From positions 2,976,001-3,040,000 of the forward strand of contig CM102287.1 of the NCBI GenBank assembly GCA_046563655.1: 64,000 bases of DNA, given 5' to 3'. A model generated the notes under the pieces. That model was not told where the DNA came from. It saw only the letters and a program-made list of their open reading frames with translations, and made no database searches. Origin of the DNA: Yuukianura sp. NJ FZ-2021. Taxonomy: Eukaryota. This document shows positions 46,701 to 58,700 of the stretch, in pieces (the first letter of the stretch is position 1; each line of letters opens with the position of its first letter). Position numbers and translations under genes: made by a program.

Positions 46701-49700
46701 CTAAAAATAGTTTTGCTCCTCTTTTGAATTTTAGCGGGAGGGAAAAGAGTGAAATGGCGACGGAAGATGAAGAAGTCGGTTTGAATTAGGGTGATGGTTA
46801 TGGGCGTGTGTTTGGAATGGAACCACCACCAAAATGGCTCTTTTGTTCTGCTTTTTACTTCTAAATTTTTAAAAAGAGGAGAAAAAAGTAGAAAAGTTAG
46901 ACAAAATCAAAGAGGAAGGAGAAAAAGAGATGCTTTTTGAAATAAATTGAAAGAAACATGAAAAGATTTTGGCACAAATTGTAAAAAAAGGAAAGGAAAC
47001 GGAACGATCTCTCTCGGAAAGTATAAACAAAGCGGAGGAAATCAATCTCAAACTGTGCCAAAAAATGTAGGAAAAAAAGTTAGGTTTTTGTTTAGAAATT
47101 TTTTTGATTTTTACAAGGAAATAAGAGTTGTAAAACAGTTGAGTGTTTGACAAAAGGAGAAAATGACAAAATTTATTGTCATTTCTCTTCTTTTTACTCT
47201 TAAAAATCAACTTTTTCGGAGAAAAAGTCGAATTTGAAACAGTGTTGAGATATAGAGTGAAAATTTTCTCGACCGAAAATTTTTGCCAGGAAGAGAAAAG
47301 AATTCGAAAGCTGCTGGATTTTAGTTTCGTAAAATTTGAGGTTTTCTAAAAATATTTTGATAGTTTAATTACTCCCGTGTTGGAAGATGACTGTTTTTTG
47401 TTGTTTTTTGAGTTTTTCTTTTATGTTTTGAGGTTTTGCCTGGCGAAATTTTGATGCCAAATTTCTGGAATTCATATTCTACCGTGAAATTTCAGATTTA
47501 CTAAAAATACACTTCGTTTTTTTTTAACTTTTCCTTGTTATGGAAGTTGAAGTCATTTCCGCGTTGTTTTCTTTTCCTTTTTTCGTTTTTCCTTGTCTTT
47601 CTATTCGTTTTTGCTGAGGAGTTTGAGTTTTTATGAATCCGTTTTTCTGGTTGGACTCCTGTAGCGGGAAAGAATGGACGTAAAAGACAAATAACATTTA
47701 AGACAGATTACTTTTTACTGTTTCTAATTTGTTCTTTGAGCTGCAGAAAGTTAAAAAGATGGAGAGAGCGGGAGGAATTGAATGGAAGGAAAAGAGCGTA
47801 AGATGATGAGTGTAATAAAAGAAGAAAAAAAGAAGTGAAGAGCAGACGGTTTTTATATCTTATTATTTCCGCTCTCTGGAAATGACTTTATGTTCACTTC
47901 TTAGTTTCTTTTCCAAAAGTCTACAAAATTATAGTCTTCTACCAAATCCTGTTTGAATTTTGAAGGAAAAAAGTCTGTTCACTTTTTTGTGAATTTGAGC
48001 CTGTCTGTTTAGTAGTTTTAGAATTTTGCAGAGAGAGAAACAATGGAAGGAAAAAATGGAGATGTGTCTTTTTATTATGGCTTTTTTGGTACACAACAGT
48101 TTCAAAAACGAGAAGTTTATGAGTTGGAAGCTTAAATTTCATTTTGGTTTGGAGGAAGTTGAAATGAAATGAAAAAAAAATATTGTTTTGTTTGTTTGTT
48201 CAAACAGAGTTTTATGATTCACAACTCAAAATAGAATTTTTTCAGTTTTTTTTCTTGAGATTATGTTTCGTACCGAAAATTCTGTTTAGTGCGAAATCCT
48301 GGACTGAAAGCAGAATTGTCCATTTTTTGACAATTTTTATATTAAATCTTACTTTTTGAAAGCGGTTTGCTCAGAAACAAAATTTTGGAAAGAGTTTTTC
48401 GAAAATCGGTTTGAAATGTAGAAATTTTCGTGAGATGTGGAAGAAATGGAACTGCGAGAGACTGGAAGAGAAGATTGAAAGTCGAATATTGTGAAATTTC
48501 GGATTGAAAATTTATGTTTTCATAAAAATTTGAACTTTTCGGGAGGGAATTTGAGTTTTCTTGGATAGTGGAGTGTGAAGATGAATAAAATTTGGAAAGT
48601 GAGAGTAGAGATGAATCTGTGAGAAGAGTGGAAAAATAAGTTTTGTATTTTATTAGAAAGGGAGAAGAGAAAGCCTGAAAAGTGAAAAGTTGAAAACTTT
48701 TGTTATAAGAAGAAGATGTTAAAGAAGAGATCTTTTGGAGGGAAGTTGGAGAGTGAAGTTGTAAAAGAGTAGACTTTTTATTTATAATTCAAGAGAGGAT
48801 CAACAAAAGAAGAGATTCTGTAGTGCAGTTGAGTCTTAAAGGATCCTCCTAATGTCTTGTCCATGTAAACTAACGGAGGAAAAGCAAATAAATAGACAGA
48901 AACAACGCTAGAGCAAACCAATTCTTCTACTCTTAATTGCGTCAGTTCTTTTCAAAACAAAAGTACCGGAGTCGACGCTAAAAACCGATTCCGTGAAACC
49001 GATTTCCGTTATTTTAATGTCCACGAGAGTTGGATTAAAGGCCGATTCGCAATATTTTGATGAAGGCGATTCGCGTGAGTTGTTAATTTTTTTTTAGGAG
49101 GTTTGGAGTTTCGGAAAAATTGTTTCACGGTTTAGCGCCGTTTGAATTTTACTTGTGATGAATACCGTTATGGAGTTCTGCAGTTTTTAGTTGCGTTTTC
49201 TTTTGGCCCACCGAATCCTCACTATTGTTTGAAATTCTTTTTTTTTGTTTCGTGTATCGTTTCGTTTTCGGAATTTCAAACTCGGAACAGACCGATGGGG
49301 TTTCGGTTTTTTTTAAAGTTCCCCCTTCTTCGTGTCCCTGCTTTCGAATGTTGTTTAAATGCTAAGGTTTTTGGATGGGAGACGCTGATAAATTAATGAG
49401 GGGAGCAAAGGAATAAAAATGGAGAGTAATTTGGTGTAATGTCTCCGAATTGTGTTCTGCTCATGTCGTGAGTCCACTGCCTCTCAATTTATTTTACACA
49501 TAAGAGAGTTGCAATTTAGGGGAATTGACGCCGGGAGTGGGATTCGAACCGGCGGAGATGGATGAACCGGAAAATGGAGGGAGGGAGAGACTGTGTGTGA
49601 CCTTACTTATTTTCACTTGTTTCGAGGTCTTTGTGAAAAATGTTTCTGTGAAGGAAGCCAAAGCTTGTGTCCCTTGGGATGTGTTCTAACCGAAGCTACT

Positions 49701-52700
49701 TACTACTCGCATGTCGTGTCTTGTTCTTTTCTGTGTTCAAAATGCTGAAAAAAGTGAAGGAGAGAAAGTGCTTTTCCGCTACAAATTTTTTAGAAGAGGG
49801 TAATAGATTTTTTAGATTTTTTTTTCTGTGGAAAATGCATTTTTTGAATTTTGGGATGATCGTAATAGGGAGAGCGGGAAAACTTGGATGCTGTAAAGAG
49901 ATTGGATGATAAAGAAGATTTGTGAGGGAGGGAACGAGGAGTGTCGATTTGCTAATATCGAAAATGAGGTTGAAAAGATGCAATTTGTTCTCCCTCATGC
50001 TATTGTTTTTTCAAGGGGTGGGATGGGGAGTGGTGAAATTTACGGAAAATTGCGCACGGGGTGGAGAAAATTGAAAAAAAATTAACGAGAAAATGGAAAA
50101 TTAGACAAAAAGTTTTTGTAGAAATTAAAATTAAAAGTTTCGGTCATACGGTACGGTTTTGCGCCGTGAATTTTTTCGTGGAACGGAAAGTAGTGACCGG
50201 TTTTTTTGTGTTTCAAGGTTTTTTCTTATTTTGTTCTGAGAATTGTTGAATTTGAGCTAATTTTTTAGTAGTGGACTAATTGGAATTAGAAGTGCAATTT
50301 GTTTCAATTTGTTCATTTTGTTCTGTCAAGACAAGTTAAGCAGTAAAAAAGACATTGTTTTTTTTTCCTCTTTTTGTGTAAGTTGGAAGAGGAGGTTAAA
50401 CGAATCAAGTTGACAGATTTGTGCGTCTCGGATAAAGATCTTGACTTTTACGCTTTTTGTTCCTTTGTCGCGCCAATTTCAACTTTGATGTCACAAAGAG
50501 ACTTGGAAATTAGAGATTTTCGTTGTACTTGATTGCTAAAGTGGAATTTGGATTACGCTGAAACTTAAACTCCGTCTTTTGAATTCGGTCCCACCCTCCC
50601 ACCGCCAATTTTTCGAATCGTGAAAACTAATTAATTCCAATGGACTAATTTTGAATTCTAAAAATTATGAATCTGTGGGCGGGAGAAGTAATGATAATTT
50701 TTTTAATTTGAATTTTTCAGTTTCAGAAAAGTTTTTAAAAAAGTTTTAGAAGAAGTTTAAAGTGCTTGGATGAGGTTTCATGGTCTACTTATCTGGAGGA
50801 TTGATCAAGATAGAGTGATCGGTTAGTGTAAATCATAAATTTAATAGATCTCGAGTAGGAGGAGGGAATTTTGAAAACGTTTTTTAAGAAATTTAAAATT
50901 AGAACAGAAAGTAGAAGCCAAGTTGGAGCACGGAGGTTTTGAAATTTGAAAAATGGAAAACACTTTAAAGTTAAAAAGAGTTGATGTGCGGAAGGAGTCA
51001 AAAGGGGAGACACGGGGAGGCAATTATTTTGATAAAAATGATCTAATGGACTTTCCATTTCTCAGACTCTAGTGCTAATGGATTCTGGAACAAAAAAGTA
51101 GTTTTAAAAAGTTAGAAAAGAGTTTTTAGAAAAAGTATTTGAATAATTCTGACTTGGTAAGAAAGTTATGAAGCGGCGAAAACATGAAACTCTTCGTGAA
51201 ACCCAGGGTTTATGAAAACATGAAAAGTCTAGTTTTTTGCAGAAGTTGGATGATGATTTTATGAATATTTTTGGCCCAAAAGTTTTTGGAATTGGAAGCG
51301 GAAGGAGGTTGAAGTTGTGAGAAATAAGTTCCGACTCAGTGAGAAATAAAAATGAGCCGTTGAGAAAATATTTTGGCATGAAATGGAACATTTACAAATT
51401 TGTAATGGTTCAACATGCCATTTTACATGAGAAAAAGAGTTAGAAAAAGTGCCAGTTAAGTTAAGGAGAGGCTAATAATGGACTAAAGGAGAAGATGCTG
51501 CGACGTGGACCAAAAATTTATGCTGGGGGAGCAGTTTTAGAGAAGTTGAGAGACATTACATGGTCGAAGGAGTGATTGAGATGAGGACTTTTGCTGAAAT
51601 TGAGAAATGAGTAAGTGGGAAAGTGCGGAATTCTGACATGGTCTGGGGAATGGGCAAATAAATTTTGACTTTTTAAGAAGCCACTTTTCCGGAAAATTCG
51701 CAGCATGATCTAAACTTCCCACTGTTGTGAATAAACGATAATCTAAATGAGCCGGTTGTCCTTCAAACGGAAAATTAACATGGCTCCAACGAAAAAATTA
51801 GTTTTTGAAAAAAATTTTAGCATTAAAAGTGGCAACGGGGCGTGCGAAACGGAATTTTATGAATTTTCGTGAAACTTGGAATAATTTCGCGAAATTTTCG
51901 AATTCACGGTATACAAAATTTCGCAGGGTTTGCAAATTGTGAAATAGGGGGAGTACGACTTGTGAGAAACGTGAACTATGAACGTGAAATTTGAATTCGT
52001 GGATTTTGGATTTAAGAAATTTAAGTGGCGAGAAAGTGGAATTCGCGGATTTTGGAATTCGAGATTTTGAGAAAAATTCTTTCCGAAACATTTTTTCACC
52101 GTTTTTGTGGAATTCGGCAAAATTGTGAACAAAATTTTAGTTTTGGCGAGGAAACAGGAAGGAACTGCGTCGATTTTGATTGAAATTGACCAGAAGTGGA
52201 TGAAATTTTTTTGCTTCCAATGTTGACTATAAGAGATGATGAAGGATTTTTTTCGGTTGAAGTGAGGAGGGGAACAATGATGTGATGATGTGTAGGTTAT
52301 TGGTTGAAGTTGACCAGCCGAAGGCTCATGATGGTTTTTGGATTTTTGTGGACAAATCTCTGAGAGATTTGTTATGATTTATGGAGGAGGGATTTCAAGG
52401 GCGAATAATTTCTCGGACTCTGCAGATTCTTAGAAGAGGCTAGCTTAAGTAGAAACCTTGAACTGAAAAGAGGAAGGAATGTTTTCTCATCCGTCATCTT
52501 GCGGAGGTTTCATCTTCTAACATTTTTTTGGCTTGGGCGTTAGGTTTTTGGTGTTTAGATGAAAAGAATTTGAGAGATCAGAGAGGAAAAGGCGGTGGGA
52601 TTGAAGTGAAAAGGAGGAAAAATCATTTGAGATTTCTTTTGAAGTTGGTGGAAAGGAGAAATGGAGCACTCTAGACACAGAGTGAGAGATCAATTTGTCA

Positions 52701-55700
52701 CTGCAGAGATGAAAAGACGCGTAGTCAATAAAAATGGAACTGGAAATGGCTTATCGCGTGTGACATGACCTCAGCAAAGCGTGACCTCTGACCTCCCAGC
52801 TCCAATTTATAATTCAAACTTTCAAAATCTTCGAAATTAACGAAAAAGAGGGAATTTCAAAATGAGGGAAGTGTGGATTTGTTTTAGTGTTTTGGATTTT
52901 GGCTGGTTTTTTAAGTTATTCGTTGACCTTTGACCTCGTGACCTCTTTAGAACTTTTTTTTGATACCCCGAAGCAATTAAGTTGAAGTGTTTAGGGTTTA
53001 GTTGGCAAGTGAATGGATTGTGCAAAAGTGCAATGGAGTGTGAATCATTTGGGAAGAAATGTGCTTGGCAAGTGGCGGAAGTATTTGCTGCCGCGTGTCC
53101 GTCTGGTTCAAACGTGTGGCAGTTTCAAAAAGCTAAGATTTTTTTTGAAAATTTTAAAATTTTGAAAACAGAAGTTGACCAATGTGGTTTTACACTTGAG
53201 CTGTCGGGGTCATGACATATGTGGATCTTAGTGGGCAGAAAGTGGGCGCTTATTAGGCTAACGGTTAGGTTGAAGTTAGGCTAAGCATTATGTTGAAGTT
53301 AGGCTAACATTCATGTTAGGTTGAGTGGACGGCAGCCGGTTCTCATCTTGTGATTGTTTACTTTTGAAGAAATTGAACTGACTTTTGGATTGAGAGTTCA
53401 GCTGTCCCTTCAAGGGGCCACGCCATGTCAACGAGCCCTTAAAAATTGAGCAGGTATGGATTTCAGTTTGGATTGGAGGACTTTAAGTGCTAGTTTTTAG
53501 AAACTACACAAAAAAGACTCAAATTTTGAAAACTGTTTTAATTTGGAGTTGAAAGTATTATGGCGGGAGGCCTTGAAGGGCTCGGTGTCAACCATGTGTG
53601 TCACAAGCGGATGTGGAGCATGAATCAAGGGCTCCCTTCATCAAGGGCCCCCCTTTCCTTAAAAGCGAGAAGATCCACTTCCGGTGGACGGGACAAAAGA
53701 AAGTGGTCGCAGGGGACATGAGGGTCAAGGTTTTTGATGACAAGAAAGGATGGAGTGATTAAGAAAGTGAGCGGAAATAAGGATTAGGTTAACATAACCT
53801 AACTTTCATAGCCTAGTTGTATTGTAATCAGAGGGATTTCAAGGGCTCCCGCTTTTCCTACAGGGGTACTTAAGGGCTCTCTTGCTGTTGCTCATGAAAA
53901 ACAAAGGAAGATGAAGCTCGAGTTGCGGAACGTGTGGAGGTGGGAGGCGAAATTTGATATTTTTTAAGAAAACTGAATTGGAAAAGAGATTTCGAAATTT
54001 CAAGTTCAAAATTTCCTGTTTTTAGCTTTCGAACTTGCGTTTGCATGCAAGTGATTCAAACTGTGTCAGGATTTGAATGTGAGTTTTTCTTTTGTGATTT
54101 TGGAGAGTTTTGTGTAGGATTAGGAGAATTTGAATTTAAAAAAAAAATGAGTTTTTTGTTTGATTGAGGAAACCACTTGTGCAAAATTTGAATTTGTATA
54201 AAGTGATTTTGAATTTTGAGAAAAAAGAAAAAAGTTTTGAAATGTGGAATGATGACAATTGGATTTGGATTAGAGATGAGATGAACAATGGGAGTAGAAA
54301 TGAAAAAAAGAAGTAGAGTTTGTAACTCAATTTGAAGTGAAAATTTAAAATTTAATAATAATTTTTTGTGATCTGGTAGGAGGGAGAATTTGGATTTATG
54401 ATATTCTGGGCCTAGTTCTGTTGGAACAAGGCACAAAGGTTATGAAGCCTCTTTGAAAATATGACATTTCCTCCATTCTACAACTGGGAAGCGGCAAGTT
54501 TTGAATTTGAGTAGAGAAAGTGCTTGGAACACAGTTCAGTTTCATATGCATTTTATATTGCATTTCTCCTCCCCTCTTCTGCACTAAACCTTATGTGTTT
54601 TCAGGAATTTCAGAAAAAGTGGCGAGATTTAGGAGAAAGTTGAAAAGTGGAAAAGGCAAGTTTTGCAAATTGCAAAGACAAAAAATCGGAGGGAAGACAA
54701 AAAATTAGAGAATTTTGAAATTTAGTTTAGCTTTTGAAAAGAGTGAGGGATGATTGGCCTTTTGTGTTTTGGTGAGAATTTGACTTGTGAATTGGTGAGT
54801 TTGGATGAAAGTCAAGAGAAAGTGGAGCTTATTATGCATAACCAACAGGATATCTCTGGCAGTACTTTGGAGGGAAAGTTTGAAACAACTTTGAAAGTGA
54901 GAGAGAGTAGGAAACACTTTCCTTTTGGAATTGTGAATTGTGAGAGAGGGGGAAATTCATGTCTATCAATTTTCACTAAGCCTCTCTCCTAACTTTCTTC
55001 TAAATTTCCGTGTTCTGCTCTTTGTCTCACTTTCTACCATATCCAGAGAGCAGAGCAGCCCCATAACTTTGAATTTAAATCTTCCCGCTTCTCCCTTCTC
55101 TTACTTTCTCCTCTTTCCTCCTCCAAACTCACTTTTCACGGCTATGAGCACAGGAGCTGAAAAGGGAGAAAGTGAGGAAAGTTTGGAAGGCGACCAGAAT
55201 AGGTAATGAGAAGACCTTGTGAAAATTTCAACTTTCCAAAGTGGGAGGAATTTCCGAATCTTTTGAAATTTGGAGGTATGTGGTTTGGTAAACTTTGAAA
55301 TTTTGAATTGTGGATTTTGGTTTTTCGTGATTTGGAGGAATTGGAAAAACCGATGACGGTGTCCGGTGTAATTATAATGTTTATGTGATTAAACAAACAG
55401 TTCAATTGAAAATTGAAATTTTTTGAGACGAAATGCAGTTTTGTTGGTTTAGAAATTGTTTTTTGAAAATGTTTGTTTGAAAAGTAGTAATTTTGAAATG
55501 TGAAATTGAATGTTTAAGTGTTGAGTAAATATGGAGGAGGAGGTGAAGACAGTTTCAAATTCAGATGTGAGGGTGGAGTAGAATGCAGTTTAATTGTTGG
55601 GTTTACCTAAATATAGAGTGCACTTTAATTGTAAAGTGCAGAATTTTGAAACTAATTTTTGAAAAAGTTTGTTTAGAAATTGAATTTGAGCAAGTTGTTG

Positions 55701-58700
55701 ATGGGAGAGGGAGAGGCGGTTTGAATGCGCAGAATGATCGTGTCACTTGCTTTGACGAAGAAGATGATTAAGCTCATCAACCACTTTTTGAAAAAAAAAA
55801 GTTTTGCTTTTTTTAAAAATTACTTTTGAGATGTGTCATTTGGTTTTGTCACAAGAAGCAAATGAAGTTCTCACACTTTTCAAAATGAAATAACATCCTT
55901 ATGAATTCTAATTTTTTTCAAGTTTGCAATTTGATCTTCACTTACACAAGTGAAATGATGATGACTTTTTGATGCTGAGAATTTCAACGAAGAAAAGCAG
56001 AGGAATTTTTCAGATTTTTTTTTAGGCTTTTTAGGAATATGAATCTCCGCAGGTTGGATTTCTGTTCTGTAATAAAATTTTCTTGGAAGTTTTTTGAAAC
56101 TTTTTTATTTTTGAAAAGCTGTAGGTCACGGTAAAGTGACCTCTACTTGTAGTTTACTTTGTGGCGGAAGTAAACGATTTTGTTCTTTGGTGTTTCCGCT
56201 TCTTTTGGCTTTTGAAAATTGGAGCGCGGATATTTTTCTTATTATTTTTCTTATGAAATATGACCTTTTCCTGCTCTTTTTTTCTTTTCTCTCTTTTTTT
56301 CTTGTGCCCTTTGGAGATTTTGTGAAAGAAGTCTAACTGTTTGGTTTGTGGAGAGATGATGTGTGCTTTCTCCTTAACTTGAGACTTCCCTCCTCTCTCT
56401 CTTCCGTTTCTTTGTCAACTTCCACTTCTTTCTTAGAGGATGTGTAGTACCATATACAATGACATTTCCAAATGATCCATAGCTCACAGTCTCCTTTTCT
56501 CTCGTTTTCAACAAAAAATAAGAGCAATCTTATCCAATTCCGCTCAATTTTCCAAGTTTTGGGAGAATTTTCGGAGTTATTGAAGGATTTTGCTTTGGGG
56601 TTCAATTTTTACCCGGTTTTAGATTTTTGTCAAACGAAAAGACTAGAGAGACGATTTGATTTTTGTGGAAAAGATCAAACGTTTTGGAATTTTTGAGAAT
56701 GAATTTCACGCCGTTTAGAAAATTTCGCGGTGAAATGTTCGAAATTCTTTTTTTGGAACGAGCAGTTCAGTTAGGGGAATTCCATATTTTGGATTTGGTT
56801 GTGGATTGAGGATTTTTGAATTTGAGTTTTTTGAAAATGACTTTTTGAAAAAGTGTGAATAGCTGAAATTTTGGAAATTGGAATTGAATAAAGTGGAATG
56901 ACTTGAGGAATGGAGTAATTTAATGAGGGTAGAATGGGGATTTAAATGGGGGATTGTTGAGTGGAACTTTTTCTTTAAATTTAGTAAATACAATAATATA
57001 AATTTATATTTATTTTGCAAAGTTTTTGTTGTTGCGGGAGAAGAATGTTGTTCCTAATGGACTTCCATTGTGTCCAATTCCATTCTGGTTCTCTGTGAAG
57101 TTAGAAATGACAGTTGTTTGGTGAATAACCGCAGTGGTTTCGCATGAGAGAAGTTCTGAGGCCGTTGACTAGCGTTTTGTGATGTAATTTAACCAGTCAC
57201 TTAATTGAATCATTAATTAGATTCGAGTTAACAGTACAATTAACTGTTTTTTTAGTTAAATAAACTTAAGAACTTAATTTGGTAATTTTGTGGATATCTT
57301 GACTATGACGTAACTTTTTGTTAGTTTTGGTGATGAGTTATAACCTAGAATTAATTGTGATGATCTTTGGCAATTAAAATGAGTTAAGATGAGGATTAAT
57401 TAAGGTGGAAATTAATTATTGGGTTGTTAATGTAAGGGTGGTGATGAAGAATGTTGAATTTTGAGATGAAGTGTGAGTGGGCGGGAGGACTTGATGAGCT
57501 TGATTTGCAGCATGGCGCTAACCGAAATTTGCATATTTGCGAATTTTGGGGTGCAATTTTCCTACCTGTTTTCATGTAAAAGTTAACAAAAAAAGTCTTA
57601 ACAGACGAGGAGACGCCGTTTCTGTGACCCTCAAATTTCAAAATTTGTGTAGGTAGAAGGATTTACCTTTTCAGGGTTCAAAAAATGACCCGAAGCAAAA
57701 ATAGTTTTTTTTTTTAAATTTTGGACAAAAAACGAACTACTTTGTAGTTCTTAAGTTTTTGGAAGCTTAATCCAATTTTCTAGGCTTCTGTACAAGGCCG
57801 AATTTCCTAATTTTGGGTTTACACTTTTGGTCTAATTAAAATTGGGCAGAGAAACAACAGCTTCTGCGTCCCTCTCCATTTGTTGATTGAGTTAAGTTTG
57901 TTACGTTAATTCAAGTTAGGCTGGCTTGGCTATGTTTTGAAGCAAGTAGTTAGAAAAAGGCGCTGCTTTTGAAGCAGTGTTGTCCATGTCAGAGTGAATT
58001 TTGTGCGATAGAAGACGGGCGTTGGTGTGACTTTGAGGGAGGTTGACATTTGATGGGATTTAGGATTCTGTGAGGTCTCTTCAGTTTAGGCCAAGACTAT
58101 GTTAAGAATAAGTTTTTAGTTAAGGTGATTTACGACCTAGGTTAGGTTTTACATTTACATTAGGATGGTTACATTGTTTTGTTTGTAAAAGGCCAAAATT
58201 AAAGAAGTTATAGCCTTTGAGGTTGTTGAGTCTGAGGAAAGATTAGAATCTTTTTTTGGTTTTTAGTCACGATGAAAAGTGGTGGACGGGGAAGATTTAT
58301 TGACGATTTCGGCTTTTTGGCGACAGTTTTCGCCCACCTACAAGTCGGCTGTTGCTAAAAGACGCTTTTTTACAAAGTTGTTTCGCGGGTCAACTTAAAA
58401 AGTTGACCTTGAAGGCTAAGAAGTTTATGAGTGGACGGGTGGGTGATTTAATAAATGGGTTTTGTGAAAATTGCTAATTGGAAGAAATTGTGAAGTTGTA
58501 AAAATGTTTAGTTTTTTTGGCAGATCCTGCTTGTTGAACGGTGTCAAATGAAGTGTAATTGGAATGGTTTGGAGAAATTTTGAAACTTTGTGACTGAGGA
58601 GGAGGTGGGAGAATGGGAGAGTTCTTGATAATAATAAAAAGTTGAGATGAAGTGTTTAAAATTTAAATTTTGGAAAAATGTAGAGGTCAAATTGATACTG

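Noticed and set aside
49526..49555. Minus-strand GGTTCGAATCCCAC, like a tRNA T-loop/B-box
   Set aside because: The T-stem pairs poorly and no D-arm, anticodon arm or matching acceptor strand is visible. At most a tRNA/SINE relic, so it is not called as a tRNA.
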